Notes under the pieces: generated by a model
Database searches by the model: none
What the model was told of the DNA's origin: nothing
Seen by the model: the letters and a program-made list of their open reading frames with translations, nothing else
Shown here: positions 1 through 10,239 of the stretch, piece by piece
Position numbering within the stretch: position 1 is the first letter of the stretch
Layout: every line of letters starts with the position of its first letter
NCBI GenBank assembly: GCA_965243135.1
Contig: OZ251539.1
Location: 3,936,001-4,000,000 of the forward strand
Origin: Alphaproteobacteria bacterium
Lineage (GTDB): Bacteria; Pseudomonadota; Alphaproteobacteria; MPNO01; UBA830
DNA: 64,000 nt
Direction of reading: 5' to 3'
Position numbers and translations under genes: made by a program

Positions 1-2469
1 CCGGTTGCGGCTACCGAGCCGATCGATCCGTCCGAAACGCTGCATCAATCGCACCGGATTCCAGTGGATGTCGTAGTTCACCACCAGATCGCAGTCCTGA
101 AGGTTCTGCCCTTCCGACAGGCAATCGGTTGCGATCAGAATGTCGATCTCATCGCTGCCCCCCTTTCGTTCCTGCGCCTTTGGCGCGAACTGCTCCAAGA
201 TGTCGATGAACTTCGAGGCGCCTGTCGTGCTTCGGTTTTCGCCGCCGCCGCAAACCAGCGCAACGCGAGCGCAACGCCCGAGATCCTTTATATCCTCGTA
301 AAGGTAACGAGCGGTGTCGGCGAAGGTCGTGAACACGAGCACCTTGCGGTTGGCAACTCCGTCCTTGTCCGCAAGCGGGTTATCGACCTTGTTCGCCAGC
401 ACCTTCCTGAGTTCCCCCAGCTTCGCGTCGCGCGCGACGGTTACCTGCTGCGCCGCACGGTGAAGGTCGCGGAAATTCTGTAGATCCTCGCGCAAGTCGC
501 GTTGCCAGCAGTCGACATCGAGCTCGTCGAATCGATAGGTGCGCCCCTTGCCGACTTCGAAATCTTCGTCCTCTTCGTCCTCGTCGGGAAGGATTTCTAC
601 CTCCTCGGAGACTCTCTTTTCTCGCCAAGCTTCGATGCGCCCGTCGAGCCCTTCCATCTTCTCAATGATGCGTCCCATCGTAAGCGTGAAGGAATGGACC
701 GAGCTTTCCAAGCGTTTTAGAAGATTGACGCGCATCATGCCGACAAGCGAGCGCTCTCGATCGCGCTGGTCGAAGGGAGCTGCCTCCTTTTCCGCATCTA
801 GGCCCGACGCGTCCTTCAGGTAGAGCGAAGGACTGTAGACCGCTAGCCGGAAGTCGCCGATTTGTTCGTACAGGTCGTCGTATGACAACGCGCCCTCGCT
901 GTCGGTGGCCGGATACAGGTTCTCCGGCTTCCTTCTCTCCGGGAAACCGTCGATTTTCTCTGATTGCACTTCTTGCGGGTAGTAGCGTTGGATGTGGACG
1001 CGCGAGCGTGCGATGGTGACGGAATCCAGTAGCGCCAGAAAATCGGTGCCGAGAGTTTCGATCAGCGCGTCTTTTTTGCCGGAATCCCTTTCCCATTGCA
1101 TGAACGCGCGTTCGGCGACGCCGAAGAGGGTCTGGATGTCGCCGATGCCGAGCGTATCTTGGAAAGCGTCGCGGCGCTTTTCCGTCATCAGGTAAATCTG
1201 GTTCCGCAAGTCCCGAAGACTGGTATTCACCGGTGTAGCGGACAACATCAGCAATTTGGTCTTGACGCTATCCTTGATCACTTCCTCCAGAAGCCGGTTG
1301 TAACGGCTGCGCCCGATCACGTTGCCTTCCTCGTCCGTCCGATCACGGCCTTCGTTGCGGAAATTATGGGACTCGTCAATCACGACCAGATCGAAGGCAC
1401 CCCAGTTGAAGTTGGCGAGATCAATCGCGCCAGCCAAGCCTTCGTAGCGGCTGAGATCGGTGTGCGCGAGCACCGTGTAGTTCAGCCGGTCGTTCTCGAA
1501 GCGATTGTTGCGGTAGGCCGCCCAAGAGGTATAGCGGATCCAGTTTTCCTTCAACCGCTTCGGGCACAGAACCAGAACCCGCTCGTTGCGAAGCTCGAAG
1601 AACTTGATGACGGCCAGTGCCGTCCAAGTCTTGCCCAGCCCCACGCTGTCGGCGACGATGCAGCCGTTGTGCTTCAGCAGCCGATTGATGGCGCTAGTGA
1701 CACCATGTCTCTGGAACTCGTAGAGGGCCTTCCAGATCTCGGTATCGCAGAGATGGATATCCTGAAGGAGACCGTCGCCTCCATCGCCCAGCCGATCCTC
1801 GAAGACGTGAAACAGGGTCTTGTAGTAAACGAATTCTGGAGAATACGGTTGGCCCAGCCGCCCAAGAGCCGCCAGAACCTCTTCCTTGGCATCGCGCGTA
1901 AGGGTTTCATCGGTCCAAAGCTCGTCGAACCAGAGGAGCAACGCTTCCCGCTCCGCCGAATCTCCGACTTCGAGGTTGAGCTCGATGTTCGGCGTACTGC
2001 CGAAACCCAACCCGCGTTGCGTGAGGTTGGAACTTCCGACGAGCGCCGCGCTCTCCTCGCCGGCAAGATGATAGAGTTTGCCATGAAGAAAATTGGCCTG
2101 CTTCACCGTGCGAATTTCGACGTGATCCCTGATCCAGTCGGCGCAGTCCCGGGCAAGCGGTTTCTGGGCCAGTACCTGCTTGAGATCGATGCCGCCATCT
2201 TCGTTCAACCTGAACGATCTGACCTGGTCCCCGTCGGGATCGACCGAGCCGACGCCCTGCGGCTCGCCATAGAGAAATCGCATGCTCCCCACGTTTTCCA
2301 GAACCTCGCGCATAGCCGCATAGGCGTAGATCGTGAAATAGGCCGAAACGATAGACAGATCCGAACCGGGAACGATGCGATCCTTGAGAAATTCTCCGAC
2401 GCGGCGACTCCGGTTGTCTACAATGCCGGATGTCGGCGGCGTCTCCGAAAGTCGCGCAGACTCCGTCAT
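1..2469 (-). CDS. SNF2-family helicase with N-terminal PLD (HKD) nuclease-like domain; 3' end runs off the window
   Basis: Manual translation from ATG 2469 (AGAAAAGG upstream): SIVSAYFTIYAY, HGKLY..GSSNLT, IVADSVGLGKTW (Walker A), VVIDESHNFRN (Walker B). Missing from ORF track because there is no stop in the window. Confidence 0.88.
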   Translation of the reverse strand, partial: MTESARLSETPPTSGIVDNRSRRVGEFLKDRIVPGSDLSIVSAYFTIYAYAAMREVLENVGSMRFLYGEPQGVGSVDPDGDQVRSFRLNEDGGIDLKQVLAQKPLARDCADWIRDHVEIRTVKQANFLHGKLYHLAGEESAALVGSSNLTQRGLGFGSTPNIELNLEVGDSAEREALLLWFDELWTDETLTRDAKEEVLAALGRLGQPYSPEFVYYKTLFHVFEDRLGDGGDGLLQDIHLCDTEIWKALYEFQRHGVTSAINRLLKHNGCIVADSVGLGKTWTALAVIKFFELRNERVLVLCPKRLKENWIRYTSWAAYRNNRFENDRLNYTVLAHTDLSRYEGLAGAIDLANFNWGAFDLVVIDESHNFRNEGRDRTDEEGNVIGRSRYNRLLEEVIKDSVKTKLLMLSATPVNTSLRDLRNQIYLMTEKRRDAFQDTLGIGDIQTLFGVAERAFMQWERDSGKKDALIETLGTDFLALLDSVTIARSRVHIQRYYPQEVQSEKIDGFPERRKPENLYPATDSEGALSYDDLYEQIGDFRLAVYSPSLYLKDASGLDAEKEAAPFDQRDRERSLVGMMRVNLLKRLESSVHSFTLTMGRIIEKMEGLDGRIEAWREKRVSEEVEILPDEDEEDEDFEVGKGRTYRFDELDVDCWQRDLREDLQNFRDLHRAAQQVTVARDAKLGELRKVLANKVDNPLADKDGVANRKVLVFTTFADTARYLYEDIKDLGRCARVALVCGGGENRSTTGASKFIDILEQFAPKAQERKGGSDEIDILIATDCLSEGQNLQDCDLVVNYDIHWNPVRLMQRFGRIDRLGSRNR

Positions 2470-2560
2470 GCCTTTTCTCGAAACGGGTTGGTCATCGGCG
2501 AAATGACAACGAGATCGATGGCCGCCACGAAATCAACCGAGTGTCCGAAAGCTGCGTCGT

Positions 2561-3034
2561 TTATCGCAGCTTGAGAATGCGATTAGCGAATGCATCGTGC
2601 AGGGCGTCGAGATGAAAGGCCAGCCATTCGTGCTGCTTCGGCCAATCTTTCCTGTCCTCCAAATCATTACGTTTGGCGGATACTGAAATTCTGCAATCCT
2701 CACCGCTTGGCAGTTCCTCCCAGTCAAGGCTCGATTTACCTGCCCATTCATGAGCTATTGCGCTCTTTTCCTCTTCCAGAAAATGAAAAGCGGATTTTGC
2801 CGACTTGATCGTGTCTCTTTCCGGCGGCGTCGTGAGGTAGAGATTAGCCATGATTTCGCTGCGTGGGCGCAATACCGCACTCCAGATAAACCCCGTGCGG
2901 CCGCTGCTGTACGACATGAAATTTCTGGCTTGCGGCTTGCGGTTAGGGTTAGCCCACCCTTTCGCTCCCCGTATCTTGAGAAACTTGTGAAAATCGGTCC
3001 AGAAGTCCACATAGAGAAATCGCGTGTTCGACAT
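2561..3034 (-). CDS. DUF4268-domain protein
   Basis: MSNTRFLYVDFWTDF...LDWEELPSGEDCRI...DWPKQHEWL resembles DUF4268; GGGAGAG upstream of ATG 3034. Confidence 0.7.
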   Translation of the reverse strand: MSNTRFLYVDFWTDFHKFLKIRGAKGWANPNRKPQARNFMSYSSGRTGFIWSAVLRPRSEIMANLYLTTPPERDTIKSAKSAFHFLEEEKSAIAHEWAGKSSLDWEELPSGEDCRISVSAKRNDLEDRKDWPKQHEWLAFHLDALHDAFANRILKLR

Positions 3035-3672
3035 GCTGCCCTCTCCCACGGCAAGATGGTGCATGATACAGGAGGGTCGTTTCGAATGCAACTTCGACAA
3101 GGGCTGTTGCGGCTTGCCGTTTGTTGTGACGGAGCACCCGCGCCCGGCCCGCAGCGCGCCCGGTCTCGGCTTTCGGGGTAGACGAAACCAACCGCCTCCC
3201 GTTACAGGCGGAAGGGGCGGACCGCACGGCCGTGCGGAGAGCGGGAACCAGACAAGCCCCGCGATGCCTGCAAGCTGACGCCGGAAAGCGAACAGCAATT
3301 CCCGTATCGACAATAACGCCGCGGGGCGCGTCGGCACCAACGCCGCGTTAGGGTAGAGGATGCACGCAAATTATCGCAGGGTCGCCGAAGACGCTCGCTT
3401 GACGGCGTCTTGACCGTGCGGGGTCGCGAACGACAAGCTCCGGCGAAGCGGAACGGCTGCCGTCAGGCCAGATCTACAAGTCGCCGATAGCATCGGTGCG
3501 GACAATCCGGCCGGAGATCCAGGAGCGGACGCTGCGTAATCGCCTGTTTCGGCGCATGAATGCAGTGGGGCTTCGTCAAAAGGAGGCAAAGTCCGGCCGG
3601 TGCCTTTACCTCCGAAGGCCCAAGCGATATTTAACCTCTCATTTCAAGGGCTTTTATGTGTGATTCTGTATC

Positions 3673-4290
3673 ATGTCGAAACTCGCCACTCAGCGTGGTC
3701 TGGCCCGCGACCTTCTGGAGGAACGGGGAATCGTCCGCCTCCGCGAATTCAAGGAGGCGGGCATCACCGCCGCGACCATCAGCCGAATGCGCAAGGATGG
3801 CGAGGTCGCCCGGCTCGCGCGGGGGCTGTATCAGCGACCCGATGCGCCGATCAGCGCCAATCACAGCCTTGCGGAGGCGACCATGCGCCAGCCGAAAGGA
3901 GTGATCTGCCTCGTCTCGGCGCTCGCCTTCCACGGTCTCACCGACCGACTGCCTCGCACAGTGTGGATGGCGGTCGGCGTGAAGGATTGGGCGCCCAAGG
4001 CGGGCGCCCCACCGATACGGATTGTCAGGTTTACCGAAGCGTTCCTCGCGGATGGGGTCGTCGCCGAGCGCATCGAAGGCGTCACGGTAAACGTCTTCGG
4101 CGTGGCGAAAACGGTCGCGGACTGTTTCCGCCACCGTCGAACGATCGGCCAGTCCGTTGCCCTCGTAGGGCTGCGAGAATCGCTCCGGCAACGCAAGGCG
4201 ACCCCCTCTGAAATCGTCCACTACGCCGAACGTGGCCGGGTATCGACAGTCGTCCGGCCGTATCTCGAAGCCCTGACCGCCAATGACTGA
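3673..4290 (+). CDS. Type IV TA antitoxin, AbiEi family
   Basis: N-terminal wHTH (RLARGLY), VICLVSALAFHGLT, AKTVADCFR; stop overlaps the AbiEii start. Confidence 0.88.
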   Translation: MSKLATQRGLARDLLEERGIVRLREFKEAGITAATISRMRKDGEVARLARGLYQRPDAPISANHSLAEATMRQPKGVICLVSALAFHGLTDRLPRTVWMAVGVKDWAPKAGAPPIRIVRFTEAFLADGVVAERIEGVTVNVFGVAKTVADCFRHRRTIGQSVALVGLRESLRQRKATPSEIVHYAERGRVSTVVRPYLEALTAND

Positions 4291-4775
4291 GGGAATTAAG
4301 GATGTCGGAGCTTCGGTTCGCGCACGCCTTCTGCGCATCGCACGGCAGAGAGAACAAACTTTCGCCCTCGTACATACACGCTATGCGGCGGCTGCTCTAC
4401 AGGCTGGTGCAATCGCCGCACGCCCATCGGTTCGTCCTCGAGGGGGCCATGCTGCTGCTAGCTTGGTTCGATGAGCCGTTTCGCGGTTCGCGCGATCTTC
4501 TGAGTCGCCGAGATCCGCAGTCCGTCTTTGAGGATTTCAGGGAGATTCTCGGGATGGAACGTCGAGACAGCGTTCGCTTCGATGTCGATCAGTCGCGAAT
4601 AGACCGTATCCGGGAAGATAGCGAGTACGGAGGCCTTCGCGTCCGGACGACAGCCGGGATGCCCGTATCGCCGTCATGATCAACATCGGTTTTGGGGACG
4701 CCACCGAGCCCGGGATCGAGATGCTCGATTATCCTGTCCTGCTCCACATGCCAGCACCGCGTTTGCTTGGATATG
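4283..4775 (+). pseudogene. AbiEii nucleotidyltransferase toxin, 5' part (frameshifted, IS-interrupted)
   Basis: SVRARLLRIA, RLLYRL..FVLEGAMLL, IREDSEYGGLRV, IGFGDATEPG in changing frames; cut by IS at 4776. Confidence 0.8.
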
Positions 4776-4996
4776 GTAAGCGTTCGCTCGTCAAGTGACG
4801 GTCTATTTTTCGAGGAGCCGCCTTCGGTCCCGGGTTCGGCCTGACTTCCTTGACCGGGTACGGCGGTGATCCTGGGTCGCGCGACGTCCGGCAGGTATCC
4901 CGGCAACAGGTTTTGGCACAGCGTCTCGCGGGCGGAGCGGCCCGTCCAGCCGGACAAAATTTTTTGCTGGAAACCGGATTTTAGTTCTTGTACGCC

Positions 4997-6619
4997 ATGG
5001 TGTTCGAATCTGCAGGCGCGCTTCTCGGAACCGAGCTGTCGGGCGACGGTCAGACTCCACCTGCGTCGTTGCTCCGGGAGAACGCGGCTCTCCTCCGGCA
5101 GATTGGAGAGCGCGACCGGGAGAACGCGGCTCTCCTCCAGCAGATTGGAGAGCGCGACCGGAAGATTGCAGAACGTGACCAAGCGCTGGAGAGCGCGGTC
5201 CAGGAGGCGAGGGAATGGCGAGGACGTTTCCGCCGGACGCAGGCCAGGGACCTGAGGAAGAGACGCAGGGCGTCGCCGGCGAAACCGGAGGCTGCCGCCG
5301 TAGAGAGCGTGAAGGCCCGCAACCGCAGGCTCGCTCGAGATCTGTACGGACGCAGCAGCGAGCGTCCGCCCGCGGCTTCCGGCGGACGCCGGGGGCGCCG
5401 TTCGGGAACGCCGTCGCACGGCCGCACGCCGTTTCCGGACTTGCCCGTCCGCGAGGAGGATTCGGTCCCGGACGATCGCAAGTGCAAGGACTGCGGCAAG
5501 GCCTGGGTCTCGAACGGCTACAACGAGACGTACGTCCTCGAGTACAGGATCGCGTTCGGCGGGTTCGACGACCTGCGCCCGGCTTGCACCTGCGGGCAGG
5601 AGAAGGAGGTCCCGGCCCCGGAGCGGGTGTTTCACCCGATACGGAGTGTCCGTCTGGGCGTTCGTCCTGGCGGAGAGGTTCGGGCAGCATCGTCCGCTGC
5701 GTTCGGTCTGCCGCGCGTTGCGCCAGCACGGGCTCGCCGCCCGGCACGTTGGCGGACGCCCAGCGACGGTTCCTGCGCCTGACCGCTCGACGAAGAAATC
5801 TCCCGGCGCTTGTCGGAGGCGCCGATCGTTCATGGCGACGAGACAGGGTGGACGGGAGTTGGGCGAGGAAGACGGCGGCAACGCTCGCGCCTGGACCGCC
5901 CGGGCGGCGGACGCGGTCCGCATCCTCGCCGTCGCGCAGCGCGGAAGCCGCTCTTGAACTGTTCAGGGGGCTCGGCTCGCCCGAACAGGCGGCTCACCTG
6001 GTCTGCGACCGCTACTCCGCCTACCGGAAGCTGGCGCGCGTCATGGAAGGGTGCATCGTCCTTTCCTGGGTCCACGCCAGGCGCGACTTCGTCAATCTTG
6101 AGACCGGCTACCTCGCGCAGTTCGCCCGGAAGTGGGTCGGCCACAAGTTGTACAGGTTCAACTCCGAGCGTCTGGCAAATCCGGACGACGCGACCGCCCA
6201 ACGGCGGCTTGCAAGGTTCGCCGAAGCGTTCTTCGCGGCGGCGAAAAAGGCGCGGGACGCGCTCCCGGAGAGCGCGGCGCAACGCGGCCCTCTGGACTCC
6301 CTGATGCGCCACCGCGACGGTCTGACCGTGTTCGTGGACAACGCGGCCGTTCCCATGGACAACAACGCCGCCGAGCGCGGCCTGCGCGGCGTCGGCCGCA
6401 AGCTCTCGTTCGGGTCGCACAGCGTGGACGGAGCGCGGCTGGCCGGCATGTCCATCTTCGGCACGCTCGAGATGGCCGGCGTCTCGCCTTACCCTTGGCT
6501 GTCCGCCTGCCGCCTGCGCCCGGCACGGCGGCCCGCGCGGCCCGGCCGCCTGGCTGCCGTGGGGCGCCGACGGAGAGCGCCTCCGTTCCTGGAGGACCGC
6601 TCTTCCCCAGGGACCGTGA
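4997..6619 (+). pseudogene. IS66 transposase (TnpC-like), multiple frameshifts
   Basis: Coiled-coil N-terminus, CKDC zinc finger, HGDETGW, LVCDRYSAY, WVHARRDF, PMDNNAAERGLR spread over several frames. Confidence 0.85.
5074..5161 (+). repeat. 42-bp tandem duplication encoding RENAALL(R/Q)QIGERD twice
   Basis: Units 5074-5115 and 5116-5157 differ at one base. Confidence 0.9.
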
Positions 6620-7431
6620 ACGTCGGCCCCCGCCGCTACTGCGGGCGTGACTTCTCCGAGGACGAACTCGACCCGCACCTTGATCGGAAGGGGCGGCCTC
6701 ACCCGCCGGGCGTTGTCGCGGGAGGTCTGCCGGCTTCTCGACTGGCGCAAGCCCGACGGCGGCCTCAAGGACATGAGCGCGTGCGTCGCCATGCTGCGCA
6801 TGCACCGCGACGGCCGTCCTGCCGCCGCCAAGGCAAGCGCCGTCCGTCCGCTGTCCGCCCGTGCCCGGCCCCGCGACCGACCAGCCCCCGACCCCCGAAC
6901 GTCTCGCCGACGTCCAACCCGTCGTTCCCTGCCGGAACGCGAACGAAGGCCGCCTCTGGAACGAGTTCGTCGCTCGCTACCTCGGCCACTCGACGCTGCC
7001 CGGCGCGGCGCTACTTCGTCCGGGCCGCCGACGGCGAAGCCCTCGCCGTCCTCGGCTTCGGCGCCGCAGCCTGGAAGATCGCGCCGCGGGACAAGTGCGT
7101 CGGGTGGGATCCCGAAGCCCGCCGCCGCAACCTGCCGCTGGTGGTCAACAACGCCAGGGCCCTGCCCTGGGTCCGGATCAAGAACCTCGCATCCCATGTC
7201 CTCACCCTGGTCGAACGGCGCCTGCCCGACGACTGGGAGTCCCGCTACGCGCCGGTCCTGCTCGAGACCTTCTGCGAAACGCCGCGCTTCGAAGGAACCT
7301 GCTACCGGGCCGCCAGCAAGGTCGGCAAAACACAGGGCCGCGGCAGCACCCGGCGCGAACGCGCTCTCCCGGTCAAGGACATCTGGCTAAAGCCTCTGCG
7401 GCGGGACTGGAGGATGATCCTCAAAAAATAG
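6616..7431 (+). pseudogene. DUF4338 / DruA-like passenger gene in IS66, frameshifted
   Basis: RRYCGRDFS, TRRALSREVCRLLDWRKPDGGLKDM, LGFGAAAWKIAPRD, VVNNAR, IKNLASHVL, PVLLETF, GTCYRAA; GTGA overlap with transposase stop; TAG lies inside the right TIR. Confidence 0.75.
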
Positions 7432-7458
7432 ATCGTCACTTGACGAGCGAACGCTTAC

Positions 7459-7640
7459 TGGATATGCGCCGGAAACCGTCGTCGCCGAGACACTCCAGGC
7501 GATCATCGCGTTGGGCCGCGTGAACAGCCGTATGAAAGACTATTTCGATCTGTGGATGCTCCTCCGGTCCTTCGATTTTCAAAGACCCCGGCTTGCAAAA
7601 GCAGTCTCGGCGACCTTTACGCGAAGGAGAACGTTCTTTT
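7459..7640 (+). pseudogene. AbiEii toxin, 3' part (truncated)
   Basis: GYAPETVVAETLQAIIALGRVNSRMKDYFDLW...ATFTRRRT continues across the target duplication; similarity ends about 7635. Confidence 0.8.
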
Positions 7641-7674
7641 CGACGATAACTCTCAAGAACTCGCAGAACCGAGT

Positions 7675-8889
7675 TCAGCGCAAATGGCTTTCAATTTCTT
7701 TCAATTTTTTGACAGCGGATTCTGCGATACAGCCGGTCAGCTTTTCCCTCTCTTTTTTGTCCGCTAAAATCTTGATGTCATCCGGCTGAAGACCTGTCCC
7801 ATCGCGCCGCAAGACGCACCACCAAGGCCAGCCATTATCGGGCTTCTCTTTTTCGCCGAGTTTATTCTCAAGCCTCTTGCGGATTGCGTCATATTTCTCC
7901 TCGTTCTCATCCTTCTTGCAATATACGCCAACAACGAAACCATATCCCCTCGCAGCTTCAACGCCTAGCAAAGCATGTTTCTGGCCAAATGAATAATACA
8001 GACCGAACCACCCGGTATGCTCTATCGCATCTACAATTCTGTCCTCGGAAATGTCCGAGTAAGGAATACCCTTGTACTCTTTTACTGGACTCGTAAACGA
8101 ATGCTCTTCCAAGACTTTCCTTATCTTCTCCCACATTTCGTGCATCAGAGAAGCCTTGGCATACGGCAATGCCTCCGCCAAATTGTGAGCGACAAGAAGG
8201 TTGTTGTCCAGCAGCAAAATTTTCTTCAATTCTTTCATGAGTTCGCTCCTTCTATCATTGCCTGTCATCCTCTTTATCAGACGCAAATACTGTGCAATGG
8301 ACTCCCGCAGCTCGGGTTCGCCATGGGCCCGTTTGCGGCAACGCTCAAGCCAGGGGAGAATAGCCCCGTAAGAGATCGAAGTATATGCTTCATCACTGAG
8401 ACATTTGACGCTATCCTTGGAAGGATTGCGACCGTCGATCGCCAAGTACAGTATGTGTATGGCCTCTTTTTTATATCCTTGCTTAACTAAATTTTTATGG
8501 TACCTTTTCAGCTGTCCCTCCTGATCTCCAGCGTAGATTTTATTCTCGATCGCCAGAGCCTGTCCGCAATCGTTCGTGATCAGAATATCGATGTAGTCGC
8601 GTTCGCGCTCTACTTTCACGCCCTTGAGCGCGAAGTCGCGCAGCGGTCCGGAAGCGACTTTTTTCACGCATCCCATGAAGTCACGCAGATTCGCCGCCTC
8701 TTCCTCGCTCCGATGGCCCAGCAGAGCGGCCAGAAACCTGGAATGAAGGTTGACTTCGTCGCTCTCGCTACGCAGGACGGCAAACACGTTAAAAGGCTCC
8801 GGGCGCCCCGCTCCATAGCTCGCGTACAAAATGGCTGCGTCTTTCAACAGCAGTGCTGCCGACCCCAGCTGCGCCCGCTCGTCGTTCAT
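7675..8889 (-). CDS. PD-(D/E)XK nuclease family protein (PDDEXK_4-like)
   Basis: FNVF..EVNLHSRFLAALL, YIDILI..IENKIYAGDQEGQLKRY; GAAGGAAG before ATG 8889; visibly AT-richer than flanks. Confidence 0.85.
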   Translation of the reverse strand: MNDERAQLGSAALLLKDAAILYASYGAGRPEPFNVFAVLRSESDEVNLHSRFLAALLGHRSEEEAANLRDFMGCVKKVASGPLRDFALKGVKVERERDYIDILITNDCGQALAIENKIYAGDQEGQLKRYHKNLVKQGYKKEAIHILYLAIDGRNPSKDSVKCLSDEAYTSISYGAILPWLERCRKRAHGEPELRESIAQYLRLIKRMTGNDRRSELMKELKKILLLDNNLLVAHNLAEALPYAKASLMHEMWEKIRKVLEEHSFTSPVKEYKGIPYSDISEDRIVDAIEHTGWFGLYYSFGQKHALLGVEAARGYGFVVGVYCKKDENEEKYDAIRKRLENKLGEKEKPDNGWPWWCVLRRDGTGLQPDDIKILADKKEREKLTGCIAESAVKKLKEIESHLR

Positions 8890-9163
8890 CTTCCTTCTCG
8901 CGCCCTCACGTCGAAGCGACAATCGTTTCGAGCGTAGGCGCAGCGGATCCTTGCGTCAACCGCGGCGGGGATGTGAATCTATTTTTGCCAAACTCCTCTT
9001 GGGTCGGGTACGCCGAACGTTCTGTCGCGAGAGATTACCGAGATTGTCATCCAGCAGTGCATCCCCGGCCGCGAAGCCAACCTGCGGCAGACGAGACCAA
9101 GGTCCCACTCAAACGATCCAGAAAAGACCGGCATGTCAAAATGTCATGAATTGCGGCCGGCAC

Positions 9164-9501
9164 CTAGCGCGCCGCCCCGGCTCCGGCGAACCGATAGGAG
9201 ATCTTGCCCCGAGGCGCGCCAAAGTGCGAGAAATATCCCAAATCGACCGGACGAGACCTGACTTTCTGAATCGAAAAGCGCCGATCTGAATCGAAAAGCG
9301 CCGATCCTCGAAGAATCTGCGCCCGGTTTCGATGGCGTCCCGCTCGGTATCGAAGCACATGATGACTTCGCCGTCGCGCATCAACGCCGTTCGGCCGGCA
9401 TCGCTCTTGATGAGATTCGGCAGTACTTTCATGAAGGCCTCGTAATTCCGATCGACCTCCTGTTGCTGGCTATCGGCTGTCGTCAACCTCCTGGTTCCCA
9501 T
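9164..9501 (-). pseudogene. Small hypothetical protein frameshifted by a 20-bp tandem duplication
   Basis: GGAGG RBS; TGAATCGAAAAGCGCCGATC duplicated at 9267-9306; removing one copy gives ...FEDRRFSIQKVRSRPVDLGYFSH. Confidence 0.65.
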
Positions 9502-10239
9502 GCCTCCCCTCCTTGTCTACGATCAAACACCTTTGATTTTAGTCCGCGAACGACGTCGAACGCACGATCATCATTACGTCTGATATTATCGGATCTAAAA
9601 ATCAATGGTGACAACGCTCCCTGCCCTGCTTCATCCTGCGCCCCTGCCGCGCAGGCGCCGAAGCCGTCTTGCATCCCGCAATCCTCGAGCGCGAGCGTGG
9701 TGCAACCGTCCTGTCGTCGGCGCGGCGGGCGGAGCGAGCGCAGGTTAGGGCCAAACGGCGAACCGATCACGGTCAGCGATCCCGCCAGCCTGCCGGGCGC
9801 TGATCGCAGACCGTCGGAGTTAGGCGACCTGCCGGCTGCCGTACCGCGCGCACCTACACGGCGACCGCGATATAGCATCTTTCCGGCAATTGCGCGACCA
9901 AGCAACGGATCGTGCTATCTTCACGGCATGGACTCCAAGGGTTCCCCACATGGCAAGGCCACCGTCGCCTTTGTGCGACTATGAACGCGGCTCCGGCCGC
10001 AGAGCGGAACAGCGACTGGAGTCCTGTCTCGGAAACGCGCATGCCTCGTGTGTCTGAGGCGAATCCTCGCTAGCGGTAACGCTGATTGCAAGCGTCCGCG
10101 CGGCTCTGTTAATCTGCTCTCTTGGACGCTATGCTTCAGAAATGCTGGTTGCCGAGGAGCGTTCGATGCGCCGATGCTCGCCCGGAAATCTCCAATCCGC
10201 GTCTCCCCCGGTCCCGCGGCTTGCGGCCGCGTCGCGCCC

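Larger units (their letters stand above)
4776..7458 (+). mobile_element. IS66-family insertion sequence, 2683 bp
   Basis: 41-bp terminal inverted repeats starting GTAAGCGTTCGCTCGTCAAGTGACG (2 mismatches); 8-bp target duplication TGGATATG at 4768-4775 and 7459-7466. Confidence 0.95.

Noticed and set aside
9531-9604. AT-rich imperfect inverted repeat upstream of the small gene
   Set aside because: Gapped match with no assignable regulator; too weak to call.
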